This document shows, piece by piece, positions 26,690-37,955 of a DNA stretch of 57,157 bases. The translations under genes and the position numbers were made by a program. Every line of letters starts with the position of its first letter. The stretch's first letter is position 1. The stretch comes from a virus (taxonomy: Duplodnaviria > Caudoviricetes), in IMG/VR virus record IMGVR_UViG_3300025133_000125, positions 1 to 57,157 of that record, one strand, 5' to 3'. Below the pieces are notes generated by a model, which saw nothing but the letters and a program-made list of their open reading frames with translations, had not been told where the DNA came from and searched no databases.

Positions 26690-29600
26690 TTATTCATTAC
26701 TGAAATCTACTGTTAAATTATTATTGTCCCCCTTCTTGTCAACCTTGACAGAATAGGGATTTGTTTCATAAATTTCCACTGCTTGTAGAACGCCGTCAGG
26801 TGATCTTGAGCCATCATTTTTACATCCTTCGTAAGCTAATCTAAAAAGCCCTGTATGACTGTTATAAACAGATTCGTACTCACTATACTGATATGATGAT
26901 GAGTATGCCAATCCTAACGATGCACTTAAAGATGATGAATAAAATGGTATCGTCTCTTTATTAAATGATGATTTTCTAGATGCGGTAATCATAGGTTGAA
27001 AATTTTCAAAAAATATATCAGATCCTCCAGCCATATAAACTTGAGAATCAGCATAGTCGCGAGCTTCTGACAAGGGTTCATCAAGTGGATCTTTACCAAA
27101 TCCTTTTAAAGTGGGCATATAGGTCATTGGCCCTTGCTCTGAATTAAATTTTTCTGTCTCAAATTCATCTCTACTTGATTTAATTGAACCAGTTTGACAT
27201 AATCCTATTGATACGTAATCATGTCTAGATCCTGTTGTTTTTCCTGTCAACACTGTATCAGAAATATTACCCGTTTTAAAATCATAAATACTTTCTGCAG
27301 GTATCGGTAAAACTGATGTTGATGCTGTGGAATATTTAAATAAACTGGTTGGCTCCGGATATGTTGCATCAATTTCTGCATTTTTAGCAATATCTTTGAA
27401 TATAGGTGGTGCTCCCATAACAACTTTTGGTCTTTCTAAAAGATGTGACTCTATTAATAAACCAATATTCTTTTTAGCACGAGCAGGAGCTAGTTTTCTT
27501 ATATGATCAAAAAGGCTAAGATCATAATACTTTATTAATTTGATATAATCCCAAAATCCTTGTCGTGTTGTCCATTTTTTCCAATATGTGTCTGTAATTC
27601 CATCTAAGTTACCATGTGTATATCGTTCCTCATACACGTCACGAGGATCCCCAATATATTTAGCAAAATCCAAGTCAGCAAGTGATAACATAATATCTTC
27701 ATTAATAACATCTGAAGGGGCAAAAAATACCCCCAATTTATTTGAGTCTAATCCAGCGTTATCAAATGAGCTTATCTCTACTCTTTCTGTAGGACTTAAA
27801 TTTGCTTTTCCTCCGTCTGGAGATTTGAGTGTAGCACTTTCAATTCTTATCTTATTAGCTTGTGAACCAAATCCTATTTTAGGAACAAAAGCCTTTTGTC
27901 TATCTGCTACATTGCTAAAATTAATTTCATCAGAGAATCCGGATCCAGTAACGTATACTTGACCATCTGTATGCGTGTAATCTTTTAACCCTTTGGGATT
28001 ATCATATAAGTTAATATAATCATCCATAGATAATCTAAAACTTAAATCATAGTATGATGAACTAGGATTGTTTCCATTAACTGCTTTGGGTGCACCAACA
28101 TGATTCCAAAATGCATTTGCATTAAGTGGTGTTGACCAATATCTAAACTCCATCATAGACCCACTAAATTGTGTACCTATACTACCATCAGCATTTCCAC
28201 CAAGATACCATCTATTAGCGGGAGTAGTACTACCTGTTGTGTACCATCCTGATAATGTACTTCCCGATACTGTCATGCTTCCTGATTCTTTTATTTTAAT
28301 TCGATCCATTCCTGCATCGTAATATCCAAGAAACATATCAAAACTTTGTGTAGTAGCAGTCAAATCATTATCAAAATATTGTTCAGTATAACTATCATCC
28401 ATAGAGCCTGTTCGTCTTCTAACCATTAATGACCAGTACTCGTTATTATAAATCCCATGATCAGTAATACTCATACTTTGCACACTGTCAGATCCGCTTA
28501 CAAAAAAGTTAATTTGCCCCTTGCCATCAATGGCCTGATCAGCAGGCCCAAGCACTGCTGTAGCAATTGCACCACTTCCCACAGAAGTATTCTGATGTAT
28601 TGTTATTGTGGGCGCGCTAGTGTAACCAAAACCACCATTTGTCACAGTAATTCCTGTAATTCTACCATTTGCAGGATTTACAGTCGGCGTTCCCGTGGCT
28701 CCGGAGCCTCCTCCACCAGAAAATGTTACCCAAGTTTCTAATGGCAAATAATCTGATCCTACCACGTCCATAGTCACACTACTTATAGGAGACCCAACTG
28801 TTGTCTTAAGATAAATTGCCGCCTCTGTTTTGCCATTACCATCGAGTTTATTTGCTAATATCTGATTTGCCTCATAAGGTGTTTTAAATCTCATTTCAAT
28901 AGTATCAGGTGCTTTTTCTTTTGATGTATGATACCACGGCACTTGAATAGATTGTCCTCCCTTAAAATCTAATGCCTTTGTAAATTTTTGTTTTATTTCA
29001 AAATCTGGTTCTCCTGTCGGTCTTGGGCCTCCGTATTCTTGTATTCTTAAAATAGAGGTTGGTATACCATAAGCAGAAAGTAATGCCTTTAAAGATTGTT
29101 TCGTACCTTTTGTTTTTAGCATATACGGCATTGTAGATAAAATTCTATTCCATATCTCCCTTGTTACATCTTTTTGTGATTTTTTTGTGTATCTGATATT
29201 ATAAATACCACTTTTAGAGCCAGATTCTGATAGACCTAAATGATATTGAGGAAGCGAAACAAGATCACGCCCTTCTATCATATCAAAACCAAGTGAGTTA
29301 GCTACTGGTTCTACTAATGCTTGTGAAATTCCTTTTGTTACATCTTCACTTCTATCATGAACATCTGATAATGCTTTTATATGCGTCCAAATAATATCGT
29401 AATGGTGTCCCATCATATCCATAAAATGTAAAAATTCTATATTTTCTCTATCAGTAGAAATATGCTCAGGTAAAAGATTAACTAATCTATTTCTATTATT
29501 TCTATCATAAAGACGTGCAGTGTCAGCTGCGCTACTATACCACTCTGTAAATTGAGAGCTGGTAACTGAATATAAAACATATGGACTAGTTAACGTTCCA

Positions 29601-32600
29601 TCTCCAGATATTTTTGGTGCACTGTTATCAAAAAATTCACCCAAAGAACTTGTTACATATGCTTCATGTTCAAAATACATATAATTTTCAAAATCATCAA
29701 AACCATTAATCACACTTCTAACAGAATTTTCCCATCTTCTTATTTCAGAAGCTGAGCCACTTACAGCTGATCCAGCTGTATTGAGTAAATAACCAGCAGA
29801 GTCACCTGTTCCACTCAATGATGCACTGTTTGCTTTATATGTTTCGATATTTGTTAATTTTATTTTAAAATTATTTATTCTCTTTTCTGCAGAACTAAAA
29901 TGAACAAAATTTTCATATTGCCTATAGTCTATATTAATATTAACATTTTCTAAGCTTCCACTTAAAATTCTATCTTCTAATTGATCCTTAACGCTTTGTT
30001 CATTGCCAATTAAATCAGTATGTGTTTTATATTCTGTTGCTCTATCTCTTATGGGTATTTCTACATCTGACCAGTTAGGTTGTCTTAAGACGGTTTCAGG
30101 TAATTTTTCTTCAATGAAAGGATTAAGATCAATTGTTTCTCTAAGTGTAGGTGTAACTTCTTCAGCAATAAAAACTGTATCAAGAGGTTCAATTCCAACT
30201 TCAAGTGGTTTTATTAATTTGTATGCTATGCTTCCTGGATATGTTTCAGAACTTATTGGCTTGAAATTTGTTATTAGTGATTTTGAATCATCATTCGGAA
30301 TAATATATGTATAAAGATTATCTGCATCTTTTGAGCGAAAACGAACAAAGTAATCATCAAGTGTAGTTGTTGATAAATTTACTGCGTCAGGTCCCGTCAT
30401 TACAGCATTAATTTCATTTCCATATTCTTCATATGATTTGTTTAGTATTAATTTTTTTTGTGTTTCTAAATCATTTTGAACATCTAAAATTTTTCCTTCA
30501 TATCTTGCATAAATATTTTCTGATCCACTTGGTTGTGATATATAGCCTACTGAAAACCCTGAATCAAATGATGAGTACTTATTGACGCCATAGCTTGATA
30601 CTATTCCACCTTGTTCTTCTGATGCTTCAGTATATGTTTTATCAACTTCAATTTGATTTTCATTGAATATATTTGTTATTGTAAATTCTAAAGGACCTAA
30701 TACAGCATTTTCCTGTACTTCAGGTCGATCTAGTGAACTCTTAATAATTGAAAGATCAAATTTATCTCCCCACACTGTACCAAAAGCCCCATAATGCCCT
30801 CTTACTTCTATAAAAATAGGCATGTCTAGTGCAAAAAAATCTGTAATTTCAAATTCTAAAGTTGCTTTTTCCCATTGATTATATTCCTGGCAAGGAGAAT
30901 GACTAATAGCACTTGGCCCTGAATTAAGTGCTTCTGTTCTATATGTTCTTCGATATAATGTTACATTTTCACCTTCAACCTCATATCTAGTAGACCAACT
31001 AATAGAGCCGCCTCCTTCATATCGTGTAGTCCAATCACCGTAATTGGTGCCACCAATATTTCTATTCCATACAAAGACACCGTCACTAGAAATATTTACA
31101 TTTGTTGGATAGTCTTCATAAGAAGGGTAATAGAGTTCAGCGGCTAAATACTTTGATCCGAGTTGACCCCCGGGCAAGGCGGTGTATGCAAACTTTCTAA
31201 AAGCATTTGGACTCATCTCATCTTCACCCGGCCATACTGCTGCATCTAATCTTGCCATTGTCCAATATCCAAAGTAATCATCAGTATAATTACTATCCGC
31301 ATTATATGAAAAGTCCCATTCATTTGTTGTTACCCAATACCACTTGAATGCTTCTGATTGTTCAATCTCGCCTGCATCAGTTATATAATCACCGCCAGCT
31401 CCTGATGCAGTAGGATTGTCTACGCCATATTGATCCAAAAAGGAAGAGACTTGATCTCCATCTGTATTCGCCCAATTGGGTTCTAAATCTACTGGTGCGT
31501 GATTATCACTATACGCAGCAAAATTATCTGGACCTCCATAGTGTAAATGAAATGCTCTATCCTCTGCCCAGACATCGTCATCTGTTACCATTAACGGTTC
31601 AGGTGGCGCTATGTCTGTTGCAGTCCAATGATTTATTCCTACCCATAATCCTTTTCTACCACCTTGTTCAAAATCAATAGGATCGGATTTTTGCATCCAT
31701 GTAACCAGAACTTTATCACCAGCCCTTACTCCATAAGCAGATAATGCGCCAATTCCTTTATAGTTTTTATTATTTATATTATCACCCTGATATGAGTAAA
31801 TTTGTAAATGTCTATGTGCATAATCATTTTTACTAGCAAGCACATCTTCACTTGGTACTACTTTTCCAAATGCATCTCCTGCGTCTCTTCTTGCTTGCAC
31901 CATTTGATCAAAAATATAATCTTGATAGTTTAAATCTGGAAAACACATTGCAACACCGCCGTCTACACCTTTACCTGCTTTCCAATGAGCATGATAACCT
32001 ATGTCTGCTGTGCCAACATAATATTGTGACCAAGCTAAACTAGATAATCCGTTACTCCATCGTCTAACATCCTTGTCAGTTGTCACCCTTATTGCTTGAC
32101 CATTTAATGCAGCATCTGGAAGATGATAATAATATGGAGATCCTCCTTCGTCTCTTTTTTCTTGATTATTTTGATGCACAACTGCGACTTCTCCACCCTG
32201 TGTTGGGTCTCCTACAGCACCATTTGCGGCCTGCATATCCCATTCATAAATTTTTTCACTTTCAATTTCAGATATTATAAAGTCAGATGATAAATCTAAA
32301 ATAGGATGTGCATCATTTATTATAAGTTTTCCACCAGCCATTATTGATTTAAATTCATCACCGTCTGCTAATTCACCAATTATAATTTTCCCATCAGGGT
32401 CATCAAATTTTAATATAGTATCTATTGGCTGTTCTTTAAATAATTCATCATTACTACCTTCTCTATGAAATGGTGTCAAGGTAACTCCAGGTTCTAATTG
32501 TGCTCCTGCAGTTAAAAAATATTTTGTGTTAATATTAGCTAAATTTGATGGGTCCCAATTATCTCTTGGTTCCCATATAATTCTTATTAACAGCTTATTA

Positions 32601-34120
32601 GATAGATTTGTATCTGATAATGTAAATGTAAAAGAGTGTCTTTGCCATTCACTCGTCAAAATAACCCACGAAGAGAATTGTGTTGATGATGTTACACCCC
32701 ATGGGTCAGCATGTGCCATGCATCTTAATTTATCTCCTGGTTCACCTTTTACATAACAACTAAATGTCATTGTATAATCTTCTACAATTATTCCTGGTGG
32801 TAATGGGAAAACTGGTGTAGTTTGAAATTGTAAATTACCATATATTGCAGATGATATTGCCAATGGCTCATTTTCACTTTTAGCACCACCGCCCTCTGTT
32901 CTTGGTAAATTTAGGTATGATGAGTCTAAATTCAAAGTATTCTGAAATATTGCCTTAATAGCAAATTGACCAGCTGGATTAGGATCTATAACATTTTCAA
33001 GTCTAAGTGCTTTTTTATCATCAAATTCTACAGCATCACCACTAAAATTGATCACACCATCATTTGGCCAATTACCCCCACTTCTCCAGCCAAATGTCGT
33101 TTCCATCGTCCTACCCTTTAATAAGTTAGGGGTTACTTCAAAAATATCTGTTGAGGGTTCAAATGATTCTTCTTCTCTAATTTCATCAATTATTCTTTTG
33201 CCCATAAAATATGCATTATTAATTCTAATAGTGCCGTTCATAAATGTCATTGGCATATTATTATTAGTATTAAATGATAAAATATTAGAAGAAGGATTTC
33301 CAAATGATGCAGCTGGTGTAGGATCTTCATCAGAGAACCAATTAATACAATTGTATGCAGCAACTCTAAAACTTTCTAAATATTCTTCATCATTAATAAA
33401 TGAAGGGGAAAGCAAAACCTCAGTTCTATCTCCTGAAATTTTTTGAATGATATATTTATTTTCCCTGGGAAAAAGCTTGTCACCCTCTACAGTTTCTGAA
33501 TCTAGATCATCTTGACTAGCATAAAAATATTCATCTGGTTTTTTCTCATAGTTACCATTAAATATTTTATCATTTTCATTAACTAAAACTGGAAAAGGGC
33601 TTCCAGCTTGTAATCTTAAAAAATCAAACTTAACTTTAAATCTTCCTCTTTTAAATCCAAGCTTTCGTAATATTTCTCCAGCGTCAATTGCTGTAATAGC
33701 GGGTTTTCCTGGCATTTCTTGATTAACATATGAGTTAATTTTATCATTTGTAACATATTGAGATGAAATTAAACTACCGTTATTGCCGTAAACACATACT
33801 CTAATTAGGTCAGCTTTGTCTGCGCCAAATGCAAGATCAGGCCACTTTAAAGAACCATATTGTTCATTTTTTAATTGATCATAAAACTCAACATCTCTAA
33901 ATGACTTATAATCAAGTGTATCTGGGCGCCTAATTAAATCATAAATCTTTTTAGGTATATCAACATCTCTATTAAGTTTTTGATCTACCAGACTATAATG
34001 TAAATCTAAGTCTAGCTTATCATCTTTAACTGTGCGAACAGAAGGCAAGCTTCCTTGAGCACCAGGGTTGCGACCCGATGGTGTCCTAGATTTGCCACTA
34101 TATTTTTGTGTTTTTGCCAT
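26690..34120 (-). CDS. Large baseplate wedge protein (gp7/gpI-like core) with carbohydrate-binding-like and LamG-like insertions
   Basis: LPEHI...LKTKGTKQSLKALLSAYG..LRIQEYG wedge motif; FSCYVKG..EWQRHSFTFT..GAQLEPG CBM-like segment; ITVTNGGFGYTSAPTITI; FSGSMMEFRYW; follows the gp6-like gene. Confidence 0.7.
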   Translation of the reverse strand: MAKTQKYSGKSRTPSGRNPGAQGSLPSVRTVKDDKLDLDLHYSLVDQKLNRDVDIPKKIYDLIRRPDTLDYKSFRDVEFYDQLKNEQYGSLKWPDLAFGADKADLIRVCVYGNNGSLISSQYVTNDKINSYVNQEMPGKPAITAIDAGEILRKLGFKRGRFKVKFDFLRLQAGSPFPVLVNENDKIFNGNYEKKPDEYFYASQDDLDSETVEGDKLFPRENKYIIQKISGDRTEVLLSPSFINDEEYLESFRVAAYNCINWFSDEDPTPAASFGNPSSNILSFNTNNNMPMTFMNGTIRINNAYFMGKRIIDEIREEESFEPSTDIFEVTPNLLKGRTMETTFGWRSGGNWPNDGVINFSGDAVEFDDKKALRLENVIDPNPAGQFAIKAIFQNTLNLDSSYLNLPRTEGGGAKSENEPLAISSAIYGNLQFQTTPVFPLPPGIIVEDYTMTFSCYVKGEPGDKLRCMAHADPWGVTSSTQFSSWVILTSEWQRHSFTFTLSDTNLSNKLLIRIIWEPRDNWDPSNLANINTKYFLTAGAQLEPGVTLTPFHREGSNDELFKEQPIDTILKFDDPDGKIIIGELADGDEFKSIMAGGKLIINDAHPILDLSSDFIISEIESEKIYEWDMQAANGAVGDPTQGGEVAVVHQNNQEKRDEGGSPYYYHLPDAALNGQAIRVTTDKDVRRWSNGLSSLAWSQYYVGTADIGYHAHWKAGKGVDGGVAMCFPDLNYQDYIFDQMVQARRDAGDAFGKVVPSEDVLASKNDYAHRHLQIYSYQGDNINNKNYKGIGALSAYGVRAGDKVLVTWMQKSDPIDFEQGGRKGLWVGINHWTATDIAPPEPLMVTDDDVWAEDRAFHLHYGGPDNFAAYSDNHAPVDLEPNWANTDGDQVSSFLDQYGVDNPTASGAGGDYITDAGEIEQSEAFKWYWVTTNEWDFSYNADSNYTDDYFGYWTMARLDAAVWPGEDEMSPNAFRKFAYTALPGGQLGSKYLAAELYYPSYEDYPTNVNISSDGVFVWNRNIGGTNYGDWTTRYEGGGSISWSTRYEVEGENVTLYRRTYRTEALNSGPSAISHSPCQEYNQWEKATLEFEITDFFALDMPIFIEVRGHYGAFGTVWGDKFDLSIIKSSLDRPEVQENAVLGPLEFTITNIFNENQIEVDKTYTEASEEQGGIVSSYGVNKYSSFDSGFSVGYISQPSGSENIYARYEGKILDVQNDLETQKKLILNKSYEEYGNEINAVMTGPDAVNLSTTTLDDYFVRFRSKDADNLYTYIIPNDDSKSLITNFKPISSETYPGSIAYKLIKPLEVGIEPLDTVFIAEEVTPTLRETIDLNPFIEEKLPETVLRQPNWSDVEIPIRDRATEYKTHTDLIGNEQSVKDQLEDRILSGSLENVNINIDYRQYENFVHFSSAEKRINNFKIKLTNIETYKANSASLSGTGDSAGYLLNTAGSAVSGSASEIRRWENSVRSVINGFDDFENYMYFEHEAYVTSSLGEFFDNSAPKISGDGTLTSPYVLYSVTSSQFTEWYSSAADTARLYDRNNRNRLVNLLPEHISTDRENIEFLHFMDMMGHHYDIIWTHIKALSDVHDRSEDVTKGISQALVEPVANSLGFDMIEGRDLVSLPQYHLGLSESGSKSGIYNIRYTKKSQKDVTREIWNRILSTMPYMLKTKGTKQSLKALLSAYGIPTSILRIQEYGGPRPTGEPDFEIKQKFTKALDFKGGQSIQVPWYHTSKEKAPDTIEMRFKTPYEANQILANKLDGNGKTEAAIYLKTTVGSPISSVTMDVVGSDYLPLETWVTFSGGGGSGATGTPTVNPANGRITGITVTNGGFGYTSAPTITIHQNTSVGSGAIATAVLGPADQAIDGKGQINFFVSGSDSVQSMSITDHGIYNNEYWSLMVRRRTGSMDDSYTEQYFDNDLTATTQSFDMFLGYYDAGMDRIKIKESGSMTVSGSTLSGWYTTGSTTPANRWYLGGNADGSIGTQFSGSMMEFRYWSTPLNANAFWNHVGAPKAVNGNNPSSSYYDLSFRLSMDDYINLYDNPKGLKDYTHTDGQVYVTGSGFSDEINFSNVADRQKAFVPKIGFGSQANKIRIESATLKSPDGGKANLSPTERVEISSFDNAGLDSNKLGVFFAPSDVINEDIMLSLADLDFAKYIGDPRDVYEERYTHGNLDGITDTYWKKWTTRQGFWDYIKLIKYYDLSLFDHIRKLAPARAKKNIGLLIESHLLERPKVVMGAPPIFKDIAKNAEIDATYPEPTSLFKYSTASTSVLPIPAESIYDFKTGNISDTVLTGKTTGSRHDYVSIGLCQTGSIKSSRDEFETEKFNSEQGPMTYMPTLKGFGKDPLDEPLSEARDYADSQVYMAGGSDIFFENFQPMITASRKSSFNKETIPFYSSSLSASLGLAYSSSYQYSEYESVYNSHTGLFRLAYEGCKNDGSRSPDGVLQAVEIYETNPYSVKVDKKGDNNNLTVDFSNE

Positions 34121-34122
34121 CC

Positions 34123-34422
34123 TTAAAACTCTTTAAATTCTCTATCAAAAATATCTTTTGCTTCTATTTTTGTACGATACCTCCTTCTGTACAATTCAAC
34201 ATACAATCTTTGATTTTTATTAGATTGTGAAGTACCATCAGAAATTTTTTCATATAATTGAATTATATTATTTGTGTCTCTAAGTGTATCCCAATAGTTA
34301 CCACCTCGTCGATCAAATGTTTTGCACACCTTGTCAAAGTTTGAGTTATACTTACCTTCATCTCTTGCTTTTAAAGATGTGTAATGTTCATTTTCTTGTA
34401 ATTCTTTTTCTGTGTATGGCAT
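34123..34422 (-). CDS. Hypothetical protein in the baseplate operon
   Basis: Coupled ORF with AAGG SD. Confidence 0.7.
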   Translation of the reverse strand: MPYTEKELQENEHYTSLKARDEGKYNSNFDKVCKTFDRRGGNYWDTLRDTNNIIQLYEKISDGTSQSNKNQRLYVELYRRRYRTKIEAKDIFDREFKEF

Positions 34423-35519
34423 TATCTGACTACCTTAAATTGATGATGTCCGTCATAATATTGTACTGTTTTATTTATGCCCGATCCAGATTCAATTTTA
34501 AATTCTATTCTATAAAATCTTTCAGGCTGAATACCTGATGTTCTTAACTTAAAATAATTTCCGCTAGTATCACAACTTAACTTGGATCCGGGGCCATAAG
34601 GTACTATTATATCTTCTGTCTTATCATCAATTATAGAGTAGAATGCAGAGGCACTAGGTAATGTATTGACTGTTAAATATTCAGATGTGGTTGAAAATGT
34701 TTTTGAAGGATATTTTTCTCTTCCTTTAACTCTAATTTTTGTTAATGTACCAATCTTGTACTCATGATTAAAATTTTCTAAATTAATTTTAAGTTGATCA
34801 AGCTGAGTAGAAGTAAGTGCAGTCAGTGAGCCCGTTACCCATAATGAGTCATCCCAAACTGCTTCTAATTTTGGCGGAAATACAGTATGTGTATCAGAAG
34901 AAAAGAACTTATACATTCCATAGTCAGTACTACTTGTTTCTTCACTGCTGTCTCTTTTGACAAGAAATCCTTCATTACTAATACTGCCGCTTATCCAACT
35001 ATTAACAATTCCTGTTACATCAAATCTTGGGTCAAATGATTTATTTTTATCAAATACATATGAACTAGAGCTAGCTTCAAACCATGTGCCACCCAAACGT
35101 GAATTAACAGTTGCCCATACAGATGCTGTACTAGCATTTCTATATTTCCATGATGCACCATCTGTTGTTTGTGGTGTATGGAGTAATTTACCTGTACCTT
35201 CTGTCCAACTTTGTGATACAGCAACAGCATATATAGTTGTGTCATCTTTAACTTCGATTGCACCCGCATCATATAAATTTAAATAAAATTTTGCATCAGT
35301 ACCTATCTCTCCATTAGCAACAGATTTAGAAATTTCTGTTAATGGAAATTGTATTAATGCTCTGCATATTTGATTAAATTGTGTGGAGTTTTCCTTGAAT
35401 GTTTTACCAACTTGAAGAATTTCATCAAACCCTTGATTCTTTAAGCTACCAGTACCGTCAATATCATCACCTCTTAGTAGTGTTGCATCTTTGTCAGCAA
35501 AAACATAATAATGAGCCAT
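34422..35519 (-). CDS. Virion protein with a DNRLRE-like domain
   Basis: KDATL..NQG...ILQVG..RALIQF..DVTGIVNSW..NEGFLV..FFSSD..PKLE. Confidence 0.65.
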   Translation of the reverse strand: MAHYYVFADKDATLLRGDDIDGTGSLKNQGFDEILQVGKTFKENSTQFNQICRALIQFPLTEISKSVANGEIGTDAKFYLNLYDAGAIEVKDDTTIYAVAVSQSWTEGTGKLLHTPQTTDGASWKYRNASTASVWATVNSRLGGTWFEASSSSYVFDKNKSFDPRFDVTGIVNSWISGSISNEGFLVKRDSSEETSSTDYGMYKFFSSDTHTVFPPKLEAVWDDSLWVTGSLTALTSTQLDQLKINLENFNHEYKIGTLTKIRVKGREKYPSKTFSTTSEYLTVNTLPSASAFYSIIDDKTEDIIVPYGPGSKLSCDTSGNYFKLRTSGIQPERFYRIEFKIESGSGINKTVQYYDGHHQFKVVR

Positions 35520-37516
35520 TAATAATCTCCTAGAACTTTACCAACAATATCAATATTTGGAAATTTTACTTCAAAAATTGAAGGATCTAGAGAAGGATAA
35601 AGAATATCTTTTGATGTTGCTTTTTTTACATTATAAATGTTACCCGAATAACCGTTTTCTTCTTTAAATTTATTTGTAACCACAATGGTATCCTTATCAG
35701 GATTTTGATCAGGAGGGGCAACGACATTATTAACACCATCTACTAGTGAAATTTCATATGAAATATCCTGTAAAATAATTGGTTGATTTACTTGCCATTT
35801 ATCTATATCAAAATATTTTTTTACTTTATCAATTGCCTTTAGTAATACTTCATTTTTATTATATCCTTTTTTTACATAAATTGCAAATCTAATTCCTATA
35901 TTAATAACATAAGCATCTTTAAGATTAACTGCGTCTGTTAAGATTCTGTAAGGTCCGAGATATGATTTGATATTTCTTTTTGTTGCTTCATTTACTTTGA
36001 CTAAATTTTTATTTTGGTCATACCCTAAGACATAAAAATTTAGTGCCATTGGATTTGTTACACGACCATTTTCACCTAAAAGCTCTGCTATAGAAACTTC
36101 ACCGCCTAATTTTTCCAATGTGGGCATATCAATTATTCCATCTTGAATTATACCTTGACCTGTTTCAATTTGGTCATCCTGTGTTATGTAAATTTTTTGA
36201 ATGTTTCCATACTTTGCAGGTAAATTATAAACTCTTGAAATATAATCTTCTTTTGAAACTGCTCTATTTTGTGCTTGAAAATATGCTCTTGTATTTTCTT
36301 TTATTTCAGTTAATGTTTCTTCACCTCGTCCTCCAGTTGCAGGAATAGGATTTGATACAGCAAGTGAAGCTTCAGTTTCTCCCAATAATGAAGGATCTAA
36401 TCCTGATACTGCTATTGATTTATTTATACCTCTCAAAGTTGTTATTGATTTTGCAGGTACATTTGCTTCAACACCCCCACCATAAGAATACTCTATTGTT
36501 AAGGTTGTATTAGCAGGTGCTTTACCATAGACAGCTGTATTTAAAAAATTTGCTGGATCTAAAGCAGAATCAGTATTTAAAAAATTTGTATTTGTAAAAC
36601 TATTGCCAACTTGTGATGGGTTTGGTATTATCTCTTCATCTGAACCGCGCGAAGTACCAGAGCCAAATTGTAATTGTGTTTTTCCTTCTATTGTTACTCT
36701 TGTTTTAAATCTATTGTTTGTTCTTTTTAATTTTAGTAGATACGGTGTTGTATCATTAAATCCTGCTAAATTAGGATCGTTCTCAGCAGTATTTGCTATT
36801 TCATCAAATATTAAATCTTGTGCTAATGAATCAACTTCATACCATTTATTGCCGTCTGAATCAATTACAGAAATAATTTCTAATACACCTTTTTGTTCTA
36901 ATGTAATTCTTTCATAGGCCTTTGCATCTGTAAATACAAATTTTTCTGTGGTGATTGTACCACTGACAGCCCTTACTGATTTTTTTAAAAGAAACTTTGT
37001 AGGCGAACTATCATTAACCTCATAAATTTCAACTGTTGTTGGATCTAGAGAGCTTGAAAAATTAAAAGTAATTTGATCTAGAGTTCTAAAAGTTTTAGCA
37101 AATTGTGCTGATTCTACAAGACTTCCTGCATTGATTGTGTATGCATAATCATAATTTGGTTTTGCATTATCACCTATACCAGTAGCAGGCACTGTTTGCC
37201 AAAATTCTAATTTTGCTGTTGACGGTGTGGAAATAGTAGGCTTATATCCATATGATTGTGCAATATCAAAGATTGTTTTCTTCTCTTCAGCATAAACAAG
37301 AAGTGATTCTCTAAATTGTTCATCAACATAAAAAGATAATACATCTCCAACGTAAGATGCCATTTCAATAAACATCATTCCCGGAGATGATTCATTAAAA
37401 TCAGCATATGAGTTTGGAAAATAATCCTTAGCATAATTTACTAAGTCTTCTTTAAAATTAACAAAATTTTTATTTAAGTAATTAACTTCCTTTGGCTGTA
37501 TTTTTGTGCTTGCCAT
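35519..37516 (-). CDS. Baseplate wedge subunit (T4 gp6/baseplate J-like)
   Basis: DFNESSPGMMFIEMASYVGDVLSFY; LQFGSG; ATGGRGEET; QNRAVSKEDY. Confidence 0.9.
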   Translation of the reverse strand: MASTKIQPKEVNYLNKNFVNFKEDLVNYAKDYFPNSYADFNESSPGMMFIEMASYVGDVLSFYVDEQFRESLLVYAEEKKTIFDIAQSYGYKPTISTPSTAKLEFWQTVPATGIGDNAKPNYDYAYTINAGSLVESAQFAKTFRTLDQITFNFSSSLDPTTVEIYEVNDSSPTKFLLKKSVRAVSGTITTEKFVFTDAKAYERITLEQKGVLEIISVIDSDGNKWYEVDSLAQDLIFDEIANTAENDPNLAGFNDTTPYLLKLKRTNNRFKTRVTIEGKTQLQFGSGTSRGSDEEIIPNPSQVGNSFTNTNFLNTDSALDPANFLNTAVYGKAPANTTLTIEYSYGGGVEANVPAKSITTLRGINKSIAVSGLDPSLLGETEASLAVSNPIPATGGRGEETLTEIKENTRAYFQAQNRAVSKEDYISRVYNLPAKYGNIQKIYITQDDQIETGQGIIQDGIIDMPTLEKLGGEVSIAELLGENGRVTNPMALNFYVLGYDQNKNLVKVNEATKRNIKSYLGPYRILTDAVNLKDAYVINIGIRFAIYVKKGYNKNEVLLKAIDKVKKYFDIDKWQVNQPIILQDISYEISLVDGVNNVVAPPDQNPDKDTIVVTNKFKEENGYSGNIYNVKKATSKDILYPSLDPSIFEVKFPNIDIVGKVLGDY

Positions 37517-37517
37517 T

Positions 37518-37955
37518 TTATACTATGTTCCTTGCTAGTCTTAATGAAATTGAGTCTGTAGCATTATGACTACCTTCAATTTCATAAGATAATGATATAC
37601 TAAGATAATTTTTATCTTCCTGAGCATCAATAATTAAATTAATAATATGTACATGTGGTAGCCATTCTTCTATTGAATCTTTAATGCTAGCTTCTAATTT
37701 TTTCTCCAGGTCCGGATCAAAATTTTCAAATAATAAATTAAAAATCTCACTACCAAATTCTGGCTGTCCTAATCTTTCACCCTTAACAGTTAAAAGTAAA
37801 TTTTTTAAATTTGTCTTTGTTTGCTCAAGAATACTTGTTGATGACGCAAAAAATCCATCTTTAGAATTTCTTATAGGAAATATAATTCCAATTTTAGAAT
37901 CCGGATCATTATCTCTTTGTCTAACTGATGCAGTTCTTGGATTTTCTAGTGCCAT
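37518..37955 (-). CDS. Baseplate gp25/GPW-like protein
   Basis: NLKNLLLTVKGERLGQPEFGS..LLFE..EEWLP. Confidence 0.92.
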   Translation of the reverse strand: MALENPRTASVRQRDNDPDSKIGIIFPIRNSKDGFFASSTSILEQTKTNLKNLLLTVKGERLGQPEFGSEIFNLLFENFDPDLEKKLEASIKDSIEEWLPHVHIINLIIDAQEDKNYLSISLSYEIEGSHNATDSISLRLARNIV

